A DNA stretch of 64,000 bases from Podarcis erhardii (GCA_964252035.1 OZ176202.1), one strand, 5' to 3'. Counted from the stretch's first letter, positions 1 through 14,018 are shown. A program made the numbers and translations. Notes: generated by a model from the letters alone, not told the origin.

Positions 1-1822
1 GCTGGGCTTTGTTCAGCTGGTTTACCTGGCTCAAGCATGACGAGCATCACCCAGCATAAACCCCATCAAATGCCCCCACTGAACATGGTGCAAATTGGAA
101 TACAAATCAGAGGAAAAAGCTTTCCCCTGTTTGAACAAATTGCTATAGATTCACCCCCGTCTCAGGTCAGAGCCCCCGATGGGAAATATTTTCACTGGCT
201 GACTGCTAATAGACTCTGGAGCAGCCATTGGATCAATAGCTGAATAAGAAAATTAGCCAAAGCACACAATCTGATTTCGCCTTGCTTTAAATTACAGCAG
301 CTTGGTGGGCCTATTTCATTCTCTCCCTTTCTTTCCAGCTCCTCTCCCTCCTTCCTCCCTGTGCACCTATCTTTCAAACGGAGTCAGATTTGTGGGAGCA
401 TAATAAAAAAATACACACCAGAAGATGTAATGCCTTTTGAAAAATGTTTACATGCATTAATATTTCCTGGCAAAGAGGCAGGGTTGCCATTTCCCCAAGG
501 AGCAGAGAGAGACCCGGGATTTGCCACACATATCTGCATTGCTCCCGAGCAGCTAGACATAAAGTCAGTGTGCAGAGGCAGTTATCCATACGGCAACGGA
601 AGGAAAATAGCTTGCCTTTTCTCTCTTTCCTCAAAGAACACCATAGAAGCAAGAAGTATTTCGATTATTATAAAACAAAGGAGACCATTATGGCAGAGAC
701 GTGGCCATATCACAAAAGGACTCATTAGTAAGGCACAAGGAGAGAAACTTCAGATGGAAGCTGAATTATAACCAAACCAGCAGCCTCGCATCCGACATTG
801 CTCAGGAATTCTAGGAAACAAAAAAAAAATTCCAGTTTTGAAATCAGTGATTAGTGGTTACGTGAATCAGTGATCACATGATTTCCCATGAAATCAGTGA
901 TTACATGAAATTAGTGTTTTGAAAGATTCAGTATGCCATCTTGATTCAAAGGCAGTTGCCCAATCTCAGGAACCACCATGCCAAACTTGGTTAAAGTGCA
1001 GTTTTGAAAGGTTTAATCTGCCATCTTGATTTAGAACAACGTCCAGTTGTAACCAAAGACAGACAAAAAATTGCTATGGGGTCTCAGGAACCATCATGCA
1101 AAGGTGATTAAAATATCATAGCTCAAATGCATAGCAAATAGACAAACCATTCTGTGAAATTTATAGATGACATATGTGAATACACACATAGACATCCAGC
1201 TGAATCTAAAACCTGTTCAGAAATTGTGGGCTCTGTCCAAGATGCCCTATACTTTAGTTGAGGTATGGAATAGATTTTAAACATCCCATTAATGTTAGAA
1301 CTTTCTTTCATTTTAAAAATAACCTAATTTGGTCTGAATAGTAGCATAAACATGAGCCAAAAATTCTGGCAGTCATTTTGAAATTTGCCATGTTTTTGAT
1401 AAATCTGCTTGTGAGTCATGCTTACATGAATTAGAATCATGTCTCTGCATTATCTTGACATTTTCAACTCTTTGCACCAAACCATTTTTCATCCTTACAA
1501 TATTTAATTCTTTCACATGTTTAACGTGAAAAGGTTTTACAGTTTCATAATATGTAAAAGCAATCTTTATTCTCATGTGTAAAATAAGCATGTACAGCAG
1601 TAAACAATATCTTACGCAGCCTAAATACCACAAACCCCATGATGCAGTACATCTATAAACAAAACATGCATGTATGCTGGGGGGGGGGGGAATTGACACA
1701 GCTGTACTTAACCCTTTCTGTATTTTCATTCTCCAATTACAAATCACATTCTGGCCATGTCTGTTGACCTTTAAAGTAGGGACTAGAAACCTGTGGCCCT
1801 CTAGATGTTGTTGAATTTCCAC

Positions 1823-1985
1823 NNNNNNNNNNNNNNNNNNNNNNNNNNNNNNNNNNNNNNNNNNNNNNNNNNNNNNNNNNNNNNNNNNNNNNNNNNNNNN
1901 NNNNNNNNNNNNNNNNNNNNNNNNNNNNNNNNNNNNNNNNNNNNNNNNNNNNNNNNNNNNNNNNNNNNNNNNNNNNNNNNNNNNN
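1823..1985. other. Assembly gap (163 N)
   Basis: Run of N. Confidence 1.
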
Positions 1986-2714
1986 TAATAGTGAACCCCA
2001 GCTCCTAGAATAACTTCTCCTCTGCCTGAAGAAATGAAATGAAATGTTCTCCCCAGTTTCTTTCCTGAAAAATAAGAGTGGAGAATTTCAAAAAGAACAC
2101 CTGAGCAAGCGCTAGGTTCTTTGCAAGCACCGGAGGTGATTTCAAACGAAATGTTAAGGCCCAACTGGTCAGTCCTAGGAATTGATGCCTTGGCGCAGCA
2201 GTTGTTTTACTTACTTATTTACATCAGTATGCTGCATTTTGACCTAACATCACCTAAAGTGGCTAATGGTCATCAATATGAATACACAAATAACAATCAA
2301 AATGATTTAAATCAAATATAACTACAGTAAATCAGCAGGAGATAAGATAGCATGGATTTGAGAAAATTCCCAGAGAGGTTGGACTCCACAGGGTCACCAC
2401 AGCAAGGGCATTGCATGTAGCAAATGACAATCACAATTCTGATGATAGTAGTGTCGGAAATGCAGCAGTAGAGGCCATTCAGTTAGTAGCCTAAATGTTA
2501 ATTCTGTTTACAGCTGGTCAGACAAGTGGGGTGGTGGGGATGCCCAGCAACCAGAGTGGCATGATGCTTACTGAGGTAACTTGGGCTCTGATTCACTGTG
2601 TTGTTCTGCAGACACCTTTCTGCCTGTATATGCAGTTATTAAATGTCTCCCTGCTGTCTCAACAAGGCCTGAAATAATAAGAAGCATTTCTATGTTTATT
2701 CCTTTAAATATTAT

Positions 2715-2899
2715 GTGTATGTCATGTTTGGTCCTGATACCTGAAGGAGCATCTCCACCCCCATTGTTCAGCCTGGACACTGAGGTCCAGCTCCAAGGGC
2801 CTTCTGGCAGTTCCCTCATTGCCAGAAGTGAAGTTACAGGGGACCAGGCAGGGGGCCTTCTTGGTAGTGGCACCCACCCTGTGAAACACCCTCCCATCA
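2715..2899 (+). mobile_element. L2-type LINE 3' fragment, left part (interrupted by RTE-X)
   Basis: cctgaaggagcatctccacccc...gagggccttctgg...ggcagggggccttc resembles squamate L2 3' regions and continues seamlessly at 3979. Confidence 0.7.
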
Positions 2900-3978
2900 A
2901 ATCAAATCAAATCAAATTTTATTAAACGGTCACAGACCAGATTAACTCGTACAGCTAGTCATCGAAACTTAACACCGGAGAAAACAAAGGACAATTTCAA
3001 TACAGATTAGGCCATAACAACAATTTAAAATTAGACAGCATGAATAAAATTAAGTATTTGCCTTCGCCTGCATGTTGACACTGGAAAGCTCTTGTTTCCT
3101 GCGCATAATAGCGGCTACACAGAATTTAGCAACATTGATCGTGATTTCAGGAACCTTATCTTCTACCAAGGCTCTCAGACATTGGAGTTCTGGTTCATTT
3201 TTAAGCTTTTGTAGAACTGGGGCAATAAAGGTCAGGCGTAGATCCTCGTAATAACTACAGTGCAGCAATACATTGTAACCGATGAGCCACATGGGCAAAC
3301 ACGTGACTCATATGGTTTGCCCTCATATCTGCCTAACAGCAGGGCAGAGGGCAGAACGTTAAATCTGGCCAGGGTAAAGGAGTGTCTGTACTTAGGTATT
3401 TGTAAATCAGCCAGATAATTTGCGGGTGAGAACCCTCTCCCAAAATCTCTAATTGTGGCGTGTTTATCCATTTTGCCCATATGACATTGCAGCTCTATGT
3501 CCCTAATGCGCTGGAGCACTTGACTTCTGGCTCTCTCATATCCTGCTGCTATCAAGATCTGCGGGGAGAATCCCAAGCTTCTTATCTTTTCAAACAGGGA
3601 AGCTTTCCAGGTAGAATGAAAGGTGTCTAAGAGTGTTGAGGGAGCCAAACCGGCCGGGGAAAAAATAAGTTTTAACCAGTAGTGTATCTTTAGAATCCAC
3701 AAACGCGCGTTAACGGGTAGTTGTCCAACTTCTAAGCGGACAGCTATATTAGATACACAGGGAGGGATCCCCAATAAACACCGATAGAATTTTGCTTGAA
3801 ATGCCTCCATAGGCGCAAAATTTTTAAAACTGCAGACCTGGGATCCATAAGTGAGTTGTGGGAGTATTTTTGCAGCAAAAACCTGGGAGGCCGCCGGAAC
3901 ATATTTACCCCCTTTCCCATGAAAAAATCTTGTAAGGGCTTTATTGGCCCTTCTTGCGTTGGCAATGGCGTTTTTCAT
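2900..3978 (-). mobile_element. 5'-truncated non-LTR retrotransposon, probably RTE-X clade
   Basis: ORF 3232-4011 encodes an RT thumb and C-terminus (QLTYGSQV, LLGIPPCVSNIAVRLEVG, RVCPCGS). It frameshifts into VLLHCSYYEDLR (CCHC knuckle). It has a (TTTGA)n tail and a 13-bp TSD caccctcccatca (2887-2899, 3979-3991). Confidence 0.8.
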
Positions 3979-4170
3979 CACCCTCCCATCAGATGTCAAG
4001 GAGATAAACAACTAGAAAACTTTCCGAAGACATCTGAAAGCAACCCTGTATCAGGAAGTTTTTTAATGTTTGACATTTGCTTTGTTTTTTATGTTGTAAG
4101 CCGCCCAGAGCGGCTAGGGCAATCCGGTAAGATGTGTGTGGTATTAATAAGTGATAGTGATAATGATAAC

Positions 4171-4209
<39 letters not shown>
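3979..4209 (+). mobile_element. L2-type LINE 3' end, right part, with (AAT)n tail
   Basis: gtcaaggagataaacaac...gaagacatctgaaagcaaccctg...gtaagccgcccagagcggct followed by (AAT)n at 4171-4209. Confidence 0.7.
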
Positions 4210-4210
<1 letters not shown>

Positions 4211-4290
4211 TGCTGCTTTTTATTCATTTCACCCAGTAAGGTATTATTAGCTTCTTTCTTATTCAAAGTTATCTTACTAAGGGTGGCACC

Positions 4291-4417
4291 CTGTGCTATT
4301 TTTTAAAAAAAGAGGTGCTGGAACTCAGCATGAATTCCACCCTTGTTCTTTTATAATGGCAATGGCGCCCACCTGAGAGGTGCCAGAACTCAGTTCCGGC
4401 AGAAAATAAAATCCCTG
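4291..4417. mobile_element. Short non-autonomous DNA transposon (hAT-like MITE)
   Basis: Internal repeated gaggtgc(c/t)ggaactca motifs, ends ...ccctg, with imperfect flanks gtggcacc / gtgcacct. Confidence 0.5.
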
Positions 4418-7400
4418 GTGCACCTGTATGCCCTCAATTCATATGTGTGTATGTTCATTAATACAGGAGGTTTTCCATCACATCCCAGAACAAGGCTATT
4501 TAGAGACAAAACATTGGTGGGGGGGGGCCTCTCTTGTGCCAGTGGCATCTCTTTGGCTCCAATGGGGGGGGGGGGAGGACATCCCCTTCAATTAATGCAA
4601 TCTGACCAGAGAAGATAATACATGGCAGTGTGTGCCTTGCCCTTGAAAATCTGAGAAGGCCTTCAGTTCTGAAGAGAAATCTCTGCTCTTCTTGACATAA
4701 CACAGCATTTCCAAGACATTTATTATTCATCTTGCTGGAATAAGTGCCTCAAAGGCAGAAGTGATATTAAGACCCTCCAAAACAGGTCCTTTGTCTCCTT
4801 ATTAGCCAGGAAGATTAATTGTCTCACAAATTTTCAAGATATCAATAGCAATTATAAGAACACCATTTCGAATCTGTCATATTTTGCCACAAGATGCAAG
4901 TGAGCTGCAAATCAGTATGACATGCAAAGCAGGTTTATGGTCTGATATCAAAGTAATGATCCATTTATAAGTTTACTGGTTAAATTGTAAAAATAACAAC
5001 ACAGATCCTTTTGAGGTCTAATGCACTAGGTACTAAAAGAGAGCTTTAAGAAGGGAATGGGCTATCACATATGATCAAATATAGCTGCATTGTAACATCT
5101 TAGTAATGACTCACATGAATGAAAATGCTGTTTTTGTTGACTCCTCTGCTACTGTTAGTCATAGAAATGAAACTTTTCCTCACCCTCAACACTTCATTGC
5201 TTGTCTCTTCTCCAATACTAATGGCAGCTTTACACACTAACTGCTGTGGGAAACAGGCGTTTCTCCAGAGACATATTATTATGCTGGATTAAGTGGTGTC
5301 ACACACAATTACGTGGACCCATCTCTTTAAAAGAAATATGTGAGAAATCTGAACCTTATTCAGAAGTTTCCCACTTTTAGCCCCATCTCCATCACCATGA
5401 GGCTCATCCCGTTTGCCCAGGTGGTCTGGTGTAACTTCTGCTGTGAGGAGAAAGTTTTTTCTAAATATAAGAGGGTCTCCATATATACTGGAAAATTCCA
5501 GTAATGTCTGGGGGTGGGTGGGGGCTAACTTGGCACCGAGGGGGGGGGGTTAAATTTAATGGTAACGCTCAACAACTTTTTGAGCAACTGTGTCCAGATT
5601 TGTACTTCTTGAAAGATGACAACCCTAAAATATGATTCCTGAGATCAAGCAGCAGATTTCTGTCTATGTTTGGACACCATTTTGAATCAAGTAGGAAGAC
5701 TTTCGTAACTGCACTGATTTCAATCCCTGATTTTAAAATTGCACTGATTTTGTTTTTGTTTCTTACACGCCCCAAGCAATGCTACATACGAGGCTGCTAT
5801 TGTTTAACAAAATACATATCTTACCATGGATGTGACTGCAGAACAGTTGCAACTGAAAATCGTTTTCATCAACATCTCTTTCTCTTTCTCTCAGTGAATG
5901 GAAAGGAAGCAGTGTGGTGGCTTTTTGGATTCATGTGGACCCATTTAGAGGCATGTGCAGTAAAGGCGAGATGCCTTTGCCCTCTACTCACATATTTTAT
6001 TAAGAGAACATGACTGGGGTGGGGGCTGAAACCTGCAGAACAGCAGCTTAAATCAACAGGGTATTTAATAAGACATCTCCATAACGCTATCCAAAAGACA
6101 AAATAGGGGCAAGGATTTACCAGGGGCAGGGGGAGGAAAATAGGGTCTGTCCCTGATAAATAGAAGCAGTGCAACTGCATGGAGATATACAGTATTTTAG
6201 TCACGTGGAGCCCAAGAAAATGTTTCAACAGAGGTTTCCCTCTTGCCTATCCATCTGAAATAACCTTCTTCAACCCGGTGCCCTCCAGATGTTTTGACTA
6301 CAACTCCCATCAGCCATTGGTCAGAGGTTGATGACTCTTGCTTTCAGGTGCTCCTTGAAGATTTTTTTTTTTTAATGTCACCAGGCGTATGCAGTTATTT
6401 AAAAATTTATTGAGTCATTTAATGATTGTTCTGTATTGCTTTTAAAGGCTTTTTAAAATCTTGCTGTACTCCCCCCATCTGATGTTTCGCGAGAGGACAG
6501 TATATCGTTTTATAAATAAATATATAAGTTGCAGTCCAACAGCAACTGGAGGAGACAGAGGGTGGGGAGAGGTTGATCTAAAAGATATAGCACTACAGAA
6601 ATGTACAACCGTACTCTCAATGAAGGCATGAGTGCATACAGATGTACATTCAAAGAATTTCTAACCAGGACACAGGCAAAATACAGCATACACTTGACAT
6701 TTGTAGAGCACGTCCAAATGTTCAAAGCACTTCACATTATTGCAACACTTTACAATAGTCCTTTAAGCCAAGTCAATATTATCTCCCATATTGCAGAATG
6801 GGGGGAGGGGGTTTAAAAGCACAAATTTCCCGCCAGACAAAGGAAAAAAGAGGGGGGAGCCGAACAAATACAAAGCATGTTTTGCTCCTTGTCTACACCC
6901 TGCATTAGCAGCTGCTTCTGGATATGAGTAAGTAGATCTGGAGACCAGGGTGGAAGGAAATAGCTTAAAACAGAGTGCAGCAAGGCAAGGCAATTAGAGG
7001 TTTCACTCCCGTCCCCCACATGCTCTGGTTTGACCCCAAAACAAAATATGCTCCAAGGCTCAAACCTGTTGAATTCTACCTCCAATGAACGTGGTTCCAT
7101 TTATGTCTCATTTGGCAGTCCACTGTACTATGTGTTCGTTTATTACAGTTATCTTTATCCTGCCTTTACAACACGAAAACCCTTCTAAGACAGCTTACAA
7201 GTAACCAAAAATAAATAAAATAAATGACAATAACCATATTAAAATATAAAAGTTCAGTTCTATGCCCTTCCCACAAGACAAATGGTGGTAGATGACTTGA
7301 GCTGCCGGGGGGGGGGGGGAGCGGCTGGAGAGGAAAAGTCCAGGTGGAGCAGCCTCTTTGAGGTGGTGTTCACTACTCAAGTGGTTAAATGGAAGAAGAG

Positions 7401-9344
7401 TGGATTTTGCCTTTAGGCCTTTTACACGGAAACACTATCACAGGATCCTCAAGTGACTTATTTGACCCCACATCCTGTGCAGGCCCTGAAAGGTACATAC
7501 ACACACAACTCCCACAGAGAGATGAATCCCACATAAATCTGGTGGCACAAATTTTCCCAACCACCTCCCTGTTGGTCTTACACAGACCAAGGAATCCTCA
7601 CAGTACAACGCTATACACGTCTTCTCAGAAGTTATGTCCCAATGCGTTCAGTGTGTAATAACAATAAGAATCCCAAGTGAGCTAGTATAGGACTGAAGAC
7701 TGCATCACTCAAGCTTCAGAGCAACATTCAGAACTGCTCCAGGACTTGTTAACTCAGGTTATCCTCCTGCAAAGTTCAACCTCTTTGTACATATACCTAA
7801 CTTCCTTCTCAATCTACTTCAAGTGTCGGAAGAATTTGCCATTGCCTTCAAAATCTTACACCTAATGAATGAGTTATTCTCTAAAGGTGCCACGGAAGTC
7901 TTCTCTCTCTCTCTCCTATAAACAAGACAGCTCTTTTTTTCTGAAATCTGTTTCTTGGAGAGATATATATTAAAAAACAACATTCATTTGTGCAAACTCA
8001 AGCCAGGATCTGATCGGAACACCCAACCATTCTTCCTGCCCGTGCCATCATCTCCTGTCACAGTCAGGATGAAGCTGCTGCTTTCCTTGTTGATGGCCAA
8101 TCTAGCAGTCACCAGCTCACTCTGCAATAGCTATTTCAGCTCCTGCAGGGCTAATGAGAATAATAATAAAAAATGTTTCAAAGAACTTGTTTGTGTCAGT
8201 TAAAGTGAGCAGGTGCAACTTCAAGACTTGCAAGTAGCAAGCCATTATATCTTGGGAAATCCAATAAGTCAAATATGCCTTGCAAACTAATTAGAGCAAC
8301 CTTAATTGGATCAGAACAAAAGAGAGCAGAATAAGACGAGTTAGCACAGTAAGGGGGTTGAAATCTATAGTCCCCCAACCCCCTCTCTCCCTTCCTGAGT
8401 TCAGCTTCCTGCCTCAAGGTTTGTCGGTGAGCACTGCTTATAAATGTGCAGATTTTAAAACTCACCCACAAAGAACAGTACAGCCCCTTAAAAAACATAC
8501 TGGCATCGCATCTGGCCTTCAGAGTTCTCATATACCACACTCCTCCCATGTCATTTTTAAGGTTACAGATGAATCTGTGTGCGGTCCTGGAATTGTTTTG
8601 GTGAAACATTCCTGCCAAGAAGAATACTTGCTGCTCCGTTCCTTAATTTTCAAATTCATTTTCCACCGTAACACTGTCATGGATATCACCACTCAGCTCG
8701 TAAAAAGGATAAACATCCTCTCGCGGTAATTACACCGTCGCCATCAATTCCTTCTTTATTCTTCCAGGCCGCTGTCTAATAGCAACAGCCAGATGATATT
8801 CCTTCATCATTTTGCAATTTTACCTCTCTAGGTGTGTCATTGGCCCAAGCACGTCTGAAAAGCAGTTTCTCAGAGAGGCTTCCTCACCTGCAATTAACTG
8901 GTTTGGTCTAAGCGTTGAAAACATTGCATACAATCTGTATCCTATCTATATTTTGTTTTTGCCCCTCAAGGCACCCTAGCCCCACTACTCATTTTGCTAA
9001 GCAAGGTTGAAAATCAACCCTTTCCCATAAGCCATAATCTTTTGGCCTCAGTAGCCAGAATGTTTCCTTCACCTAGCCAGGGATAGGGAATCTCAGCCTC
9101 CCTTCCAGCTTCTCCACCTGGCCTCAGGGCTTCTTCCAGGGCACACCCCTTCCTGGACCTCCTTGAACATTTCTGCCTAGCTGGAGTGTGTCCTTCAGTT
9201 CTTGCTTGTCTGGATGTAGATGTGTGAGTGAGTACATAGAAAGTGTGCAAAAAGTACATTTCACAATTGTTTCTTTGTCCAGTTTCTCCTCTGGAAGCCA
9301 GGTGGTTGCCCAGAAGGGAATGTCCCCCTAGGCCACACAGACAC

Positions 9345-9545
9345 CATAAATCTAAAGCACTAGGATACCACTTTAAACTGTCTTGGCTTCCCCCAAAAGG
9401 ATTCTGGGAGTTCTAGTTTGTTAAGAGAGCTGTGAGTTGTTAAGAGACCCCATTTCTTCTCACCGAGCTACCATTCCCAGAGTGATTTAACAACCAATCC
9501 CCTCTTTCCCAGGGAACTCGTGGGAATTGTAGTCAAATCTGGAGG
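9345..9545. repeat. Unclassified lizard interspersed repeat (related copy at about 49855-50054 plus 50428-50510)
   Basis: Shared ggcttcccccaaa...ctggga..t.tagtttgtt motifs between the loci. Confidence 0.45.
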
Positions 9546-10872
9546 GTGACAGGTTCCCCACCTCTGCAACAGAATGTTGAGAACTGGTTTAAATCGAGAG
9601 ATGAACACATTTGTATTGTTCCATAACGGAACTAGGATATATATTGTTCCTGTTCAGGGTGTATGACATTTTCAGTTCAGAATTCAGGAACATTGGTCAA
9701 AGGTCTTCAAAAAAATATGCCAGAAATGTTAGTATAGAGTACGGCCTGTTACCTCTACTTCACTTTCCCTGTAGCATTGTAGCTTCTGCAAAAACCTTTC
9801 TGTGGCCCTATGTTAAGTAGAGATAAGCAACTGATGCAATATGTTTTCCTTATCCTAAGCAATCTCTTAAGCAAAGGCATATGCTGTGGACAGAGTCTGC
9901 AATGCCTCAGCAACATGAGCAAGTCAAGTGTTCAGCTATATATCACTGCTGGCCACCTGGAATAAGGAATGAAGAAAATAAAGTACATATTTTAAGGGTT
10001 TGGTGCAAAATCAGTGTGCTGCCATGCCCTATGCTCAATAACCAATGGCTGCACATTTTAATAAACTACTATAGAGCTCACAATGACTAAATGATCCATC
10101 TCATCTCAACAAAACTCTACCCATTAAAAAACCATTTAAAAACTGGCTTCTAATAATTACTATTCTTGTTAATGGTCATTTAGTTGATCTCATGTTTTGT
10201 ACATAAAAGGATCTCTGGTTTCACTATAGATTTTGTCACCGATAGTTACTGTTACTATCAAATCCACAAGGCTCCTACCAGGAACAAGAACAAAACTTTG
10301 GGCCTTCTATACATTGTGATTAGCCAAAAGCAAGACCTGATGTTACTCAGCCTTGAGAGAAATTATTGATTTCTGCATTTCTCTTTCAAGCAACAGAGTG
10401 AGAATCCCCAGATTCTGTTTCCAGTTGCACATTTTCCTTTTACACTCTATTTGGATAGCAAATTAGTATTGCCACCTGCCATTAAAGCTGGTACACGAAA
10501 TGACAATGATTTGGGGATCTGAAAATCACATGCGAACACCGCTAAATTTAGCAGTGGGTGGTCTCCTCTCAGCTCTATCCAATTTGGAATTGATCTGTTA
10601 AAAATGGATTAATTTAAGGGGACATCCACTGGACAGCTGAAATTAATTGGTGTTGTTTTTCTTTTAATAGATCTGTTCCAAGCCAGCGAGGCACTTGCAT
10701 CCTGATAGATTCCAGATTGAGAAGATGGTGAGGACTAGATGCTTCTGAACCTGTCCTGTCTGAACCTCCCTTTGCAGATTTGGCCCTCCCTGTTGCATTG
10801 CCACCCAAGGGCAAGGGTGTGTGGAGAGAATACCCCAAGTTCTTGAATTAACGGTGTGATACATATATTACA

Positions 10873-11219
10873 CAGGTGGCGCTGTGGGTTAAACCACAGA
10901 GCCTAGGACTTGCTGATCAGAAGGTTGGCGGTTCGAATCCACATGACGGGGTGAGCTCCCATTGCTCGGTCCCTGCTCCTGCCAACCTAGCAGTTCGAAA
11001 GCATGTCAAAGTGCAAGTAGATAAATAGGTACCGCTCCGGCGGGAAGGTAAACGGCGTTTCCGTGCGCTGCTCTGGTTCGCCAGAAGCGGCTTAGTCATG
11101 CTGGCCACATGACCTGGAAGCTGTACGCCGGCTCCCTCGGCCAATAAAGCGAGATGAGCGCCACAACCCCAGAGTCGGCCACGACTGGACCTAATGGTCA
11201 GGGGTCCCTTTACCTTTAC
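10873..11219 (+). mobile_element. Sauria SINE, near full length and young
   Basis: ggtggcgctgtgggttaaaccacagagcctagg head, gcaagtagataaataggtacc core, ...ggtcaggggtccctttacctttac tail; CpG-rich. Confidence 0.92.
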
Positions 11220-11428
11220 ATATATTACCTTAAAGGGATTACCTCGAAGCCTCAAACACTAGGACTTTGTCTTTCCCATAGCAGTTGCGGTTTCCTTCTT
11301 CCTTAGTGACCCTACACTATTCCTTCTCAAACAAAGATCCCTCAGACTGGACAGCTGCTATTGTTGCTACAACTGTCACTTTCCTTCCCAGATTCTGTTT
11401 TCTGCCCCTGAGAGCAGAGATCAGAGAA

Positions 11429-11555
11429 GGGCCATAGCTCAATGGTAGACCATCTGCTTTACCTGCAGAAAGTCTTAGGTTCAACCCCCAGCATCTCCAC
11501 GTAGGGCTGGGCATGTCCCTTGTCTGAAACCTTGAAGAGCCATTGTCATTCAGTG
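11429..11555 (+). mobile_element. tRNA-derived SINE (Squam3-like), 3' truncated
   Basis: gggccatagctcaatggtagaccatctgc A-box head, aggttcaacccc B box, gggctggg...tgaaaccttgaagagc body. Confidence 0.75.
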
Positions 11556-11579
11556 AAAAGTGACAGAATGAATTGTTGA

Positions 11580-12590
11580 TAGCAAGAATCACAGATAACA
11601 ATGGCTCTCAAAGTGAACCATTCACAGTAGGATCAGGTGTTAAACAGGGTTGTGTTATCGCCGTATTTATTATTTTCATTGCCATGATCCTACACACTGT
11701 CAAAGGGAAACACCCCATCGGGGTAGAAATCATATATTGAACAGATGGAAAGCTCTTTAACTTGAGTAGGCTGAAAGCAAAGAGTAAGGTTACCATAACT
11801 TCCATCATGGAGCTTCAATATGCTGATGACAATGTAGTGTGTACACAGAGGATGACCTACAAACCTTCCTAAATATCTTCGCAGAAGCTTACGAAAAGCT
11901 TGGCCTGTCATTGAACATCCATAAAACGAAAGTGCTGCACCAACATGCACAAAACAACCCCTCTGCAGCACCACAAATCCAACTCACAAGGGAATGTGGA
12001 ATGACATTGATGCCAAAATCCAGCATCGCCTGAGCTTGGTGAGTGCAGCTTTCTCCCAATTGAAGCACAATGTGTCTGAGGACCGGGACATTCACAGGGA
12101 AACCAAAATGCTTGTGTACAAAGCTATTGTGCTATCAACCTTACTTTATGCTTGTGAAACATGGACCACTTATACGCGCCATCTCCAACTCCTCTAAAGA
12201 TTCCATGAACGGTGTCCCCGGAAAAAAAAAATACATATCACTTGGGAAGACAGACGAACTAATGTCAGTGTACTCGAAGAAACAAAGATCACTAGTGTTG
12301 AAGTAATGATTCTTCAACATCAACTTTGTTGGACTGGTGATGTTGTTTGGATGCCTGTTTATCGTCTTCCAAAGCTACTATTCCGAACTTAAAAATGGAA
12401 AGTGTAGTATAAATACCGACAACTGGGAAACACTGGCCTCCAAGCATTCCAATTGGAGAACAGCCTTCACCAAAGGTGTCATGGACTTTGAAGACACTCA
12501 AACTCAGAACTAAAAGGATAAACGTGCTAAGAGGAAGGTATGCTTGGCAAACCCTCACCATGATCAACTCCCACCCAGACTCCCTATTTA
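11580..12590 (+). mobile_element. RTE (BovB-like) LINE fragment, decayed RT to 3' region
   Basis: Frames give SGVKQGCVIA, ELQYADD, FAEAYEKLGLSLNIHKTKV and YKAIVLSTLLYACETWT, with frameshifts and stops. Confidence 0.88.
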
Positions 12591-13716
12591 CACACATTTC
12601 ACTTGTGTGGGGGGGGGGCAGAACACAGCCCCCACATAAGTGGGGAGTTGCCTGCACATTCTTAAGCCATAGGGCACTATCCAGCTAACAAGTTCTGTCA
12701 GTCCAAGAATCTCCACTTATCCACTCGAACACTTCCCCCTCCTCCCCATGTGCCCCTTGCAGCTTCCCTAAATCTGCTCCGTAGGATTGGAAGAAGCCTC
12801 AAAATAGATTTAAGGATTTGAGGGGAAGAAAGCAGAGGAAGTTCCATTGTAATCAAGTTCCATTTTTAAGTTCCATTGTGCAAGCAGAAATCCTTGTGCT
12901 GACGGAGTGTGTTTCTTGGTGCTAGATTGGATGCAGCCCATACTTTGGACCACCACCACCATGTAACCCACCCACCTTTGTTCCAGTGACATCCTTTGCT
13001 TGAATTCAGTGAGCATTCATTTCTCCTGTCCCACATGACATCAAATCTCAGTAATGCTTCTCTTTTGTGTTTTTCGCCCTCCCTTCTTACTTGAAGCTTT
13101 GAGAGTTCAAGCAACCCTCCTTCCGTTTATAAAGCTGGCTCTTCAAACTAGAGCTTGGCACTCCTGATCAGTTTGGATCTACTGCAAAAGAGTTAACATC
13201 GCTGCTTGCATATCAGCCAAGGCCCTGCCCCACTTCATAGTATTTATTTCTCTTGGAATTAGTTTTCAGAGCAGCGGCGGCAGCAACAGCAGATCCAAGC
13301 AGATGCTGCTGCTTCAACTCACAGCCTTAGATAATAAAGACTTGCTTTGTTGTGTTGTAAATGAAATCTTAAAAGGTTTGCAATACAACGTTCAAAAATA
13401 GAAAAAAAGGGGGAAAGGAGCATCTATTCACCAAGCTCCTGTGCATCAAACTAGTTTTATTATATAATTGCCATCCTGCCAATCTTAACAGCTCAAGGCA
13501 GTGTTTACACTTATTAAAGAAGGCGAGCTGGGAATGAAACCCTGTGTCTTAGAACAGCTTACCTAAAAATATGCTCCTCAAATAAACATTCTAGGATGCT
13601 GAGAGATCCTTAATTTCAGGTAAGGCATACTTTATCTACCATTTTTATTATTTGTACTCTTTCCCAGCCCAAGGGCCACATTTCCTCATGGGCAAGCTTT
13701 CAGGGGCTGCATAGTA

Positions 13717-13958
13717 CAGTGGTACCTCGGGTTACATACGCTTCAGGTTACATAAGCTTCAGGTTACAGACTCCGCTAACCCAGAAATAGTACCTTGGGT
13801 TACAAACTTTGCTTCAGGATGAGAACAGAAATCGTGCAGCGGCAGCACAGTGGCAGCAGGAGGCCCCATTAGCTAAAGAGGTGCTTCAGGTTAAGAACAG
13901 TTTCAAGTTAAGAACAGACCTCCGGAACGAATTAAATACTTAACCTGAGGTACCACTG
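13717..13958 (+). mobile_element. Tc1/mariner (Tigger/pogo-like) MITE
   Basis: TIR cagtggtacctc(g/a)ggtta at both ends, TA TSD; four full copies in the window. Confidence 0.9.
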
Positions 13959-13961
13959 TAT

Positions 13962-14018
13962 AGAATTGAATGGGACTCCCAGAGTCATCTATTCCAACCC
14001 CCTGCAATGCAGGAATCT
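13962..14018 (-). mobile_element. CR1-type 3' tail fragment of the tRNA-Lys/CR1 SINE family
   Basis: agaattgaatgggactcccagagtcatctattccaaccccctgcaatgcaggaatc matches the tail of the copy at 20078. Confidence 0.55.

Noticed and set aside
1373-2164. 263-aa ORF
   Set aside because: It is an artefact of reading through the N gap.
8200-8830. Possible conserved non-coding element in intron 1 (repeat-free, a few CpGs)
   Set aside because: It cannot be supported without a cross-species alignment.
12700-13400. Possible LTR or 3' terminal exon (AATAAA near 13343, short aagttccatt repeats)
   Set aside because: No termini, TSD, second copy or splice support.
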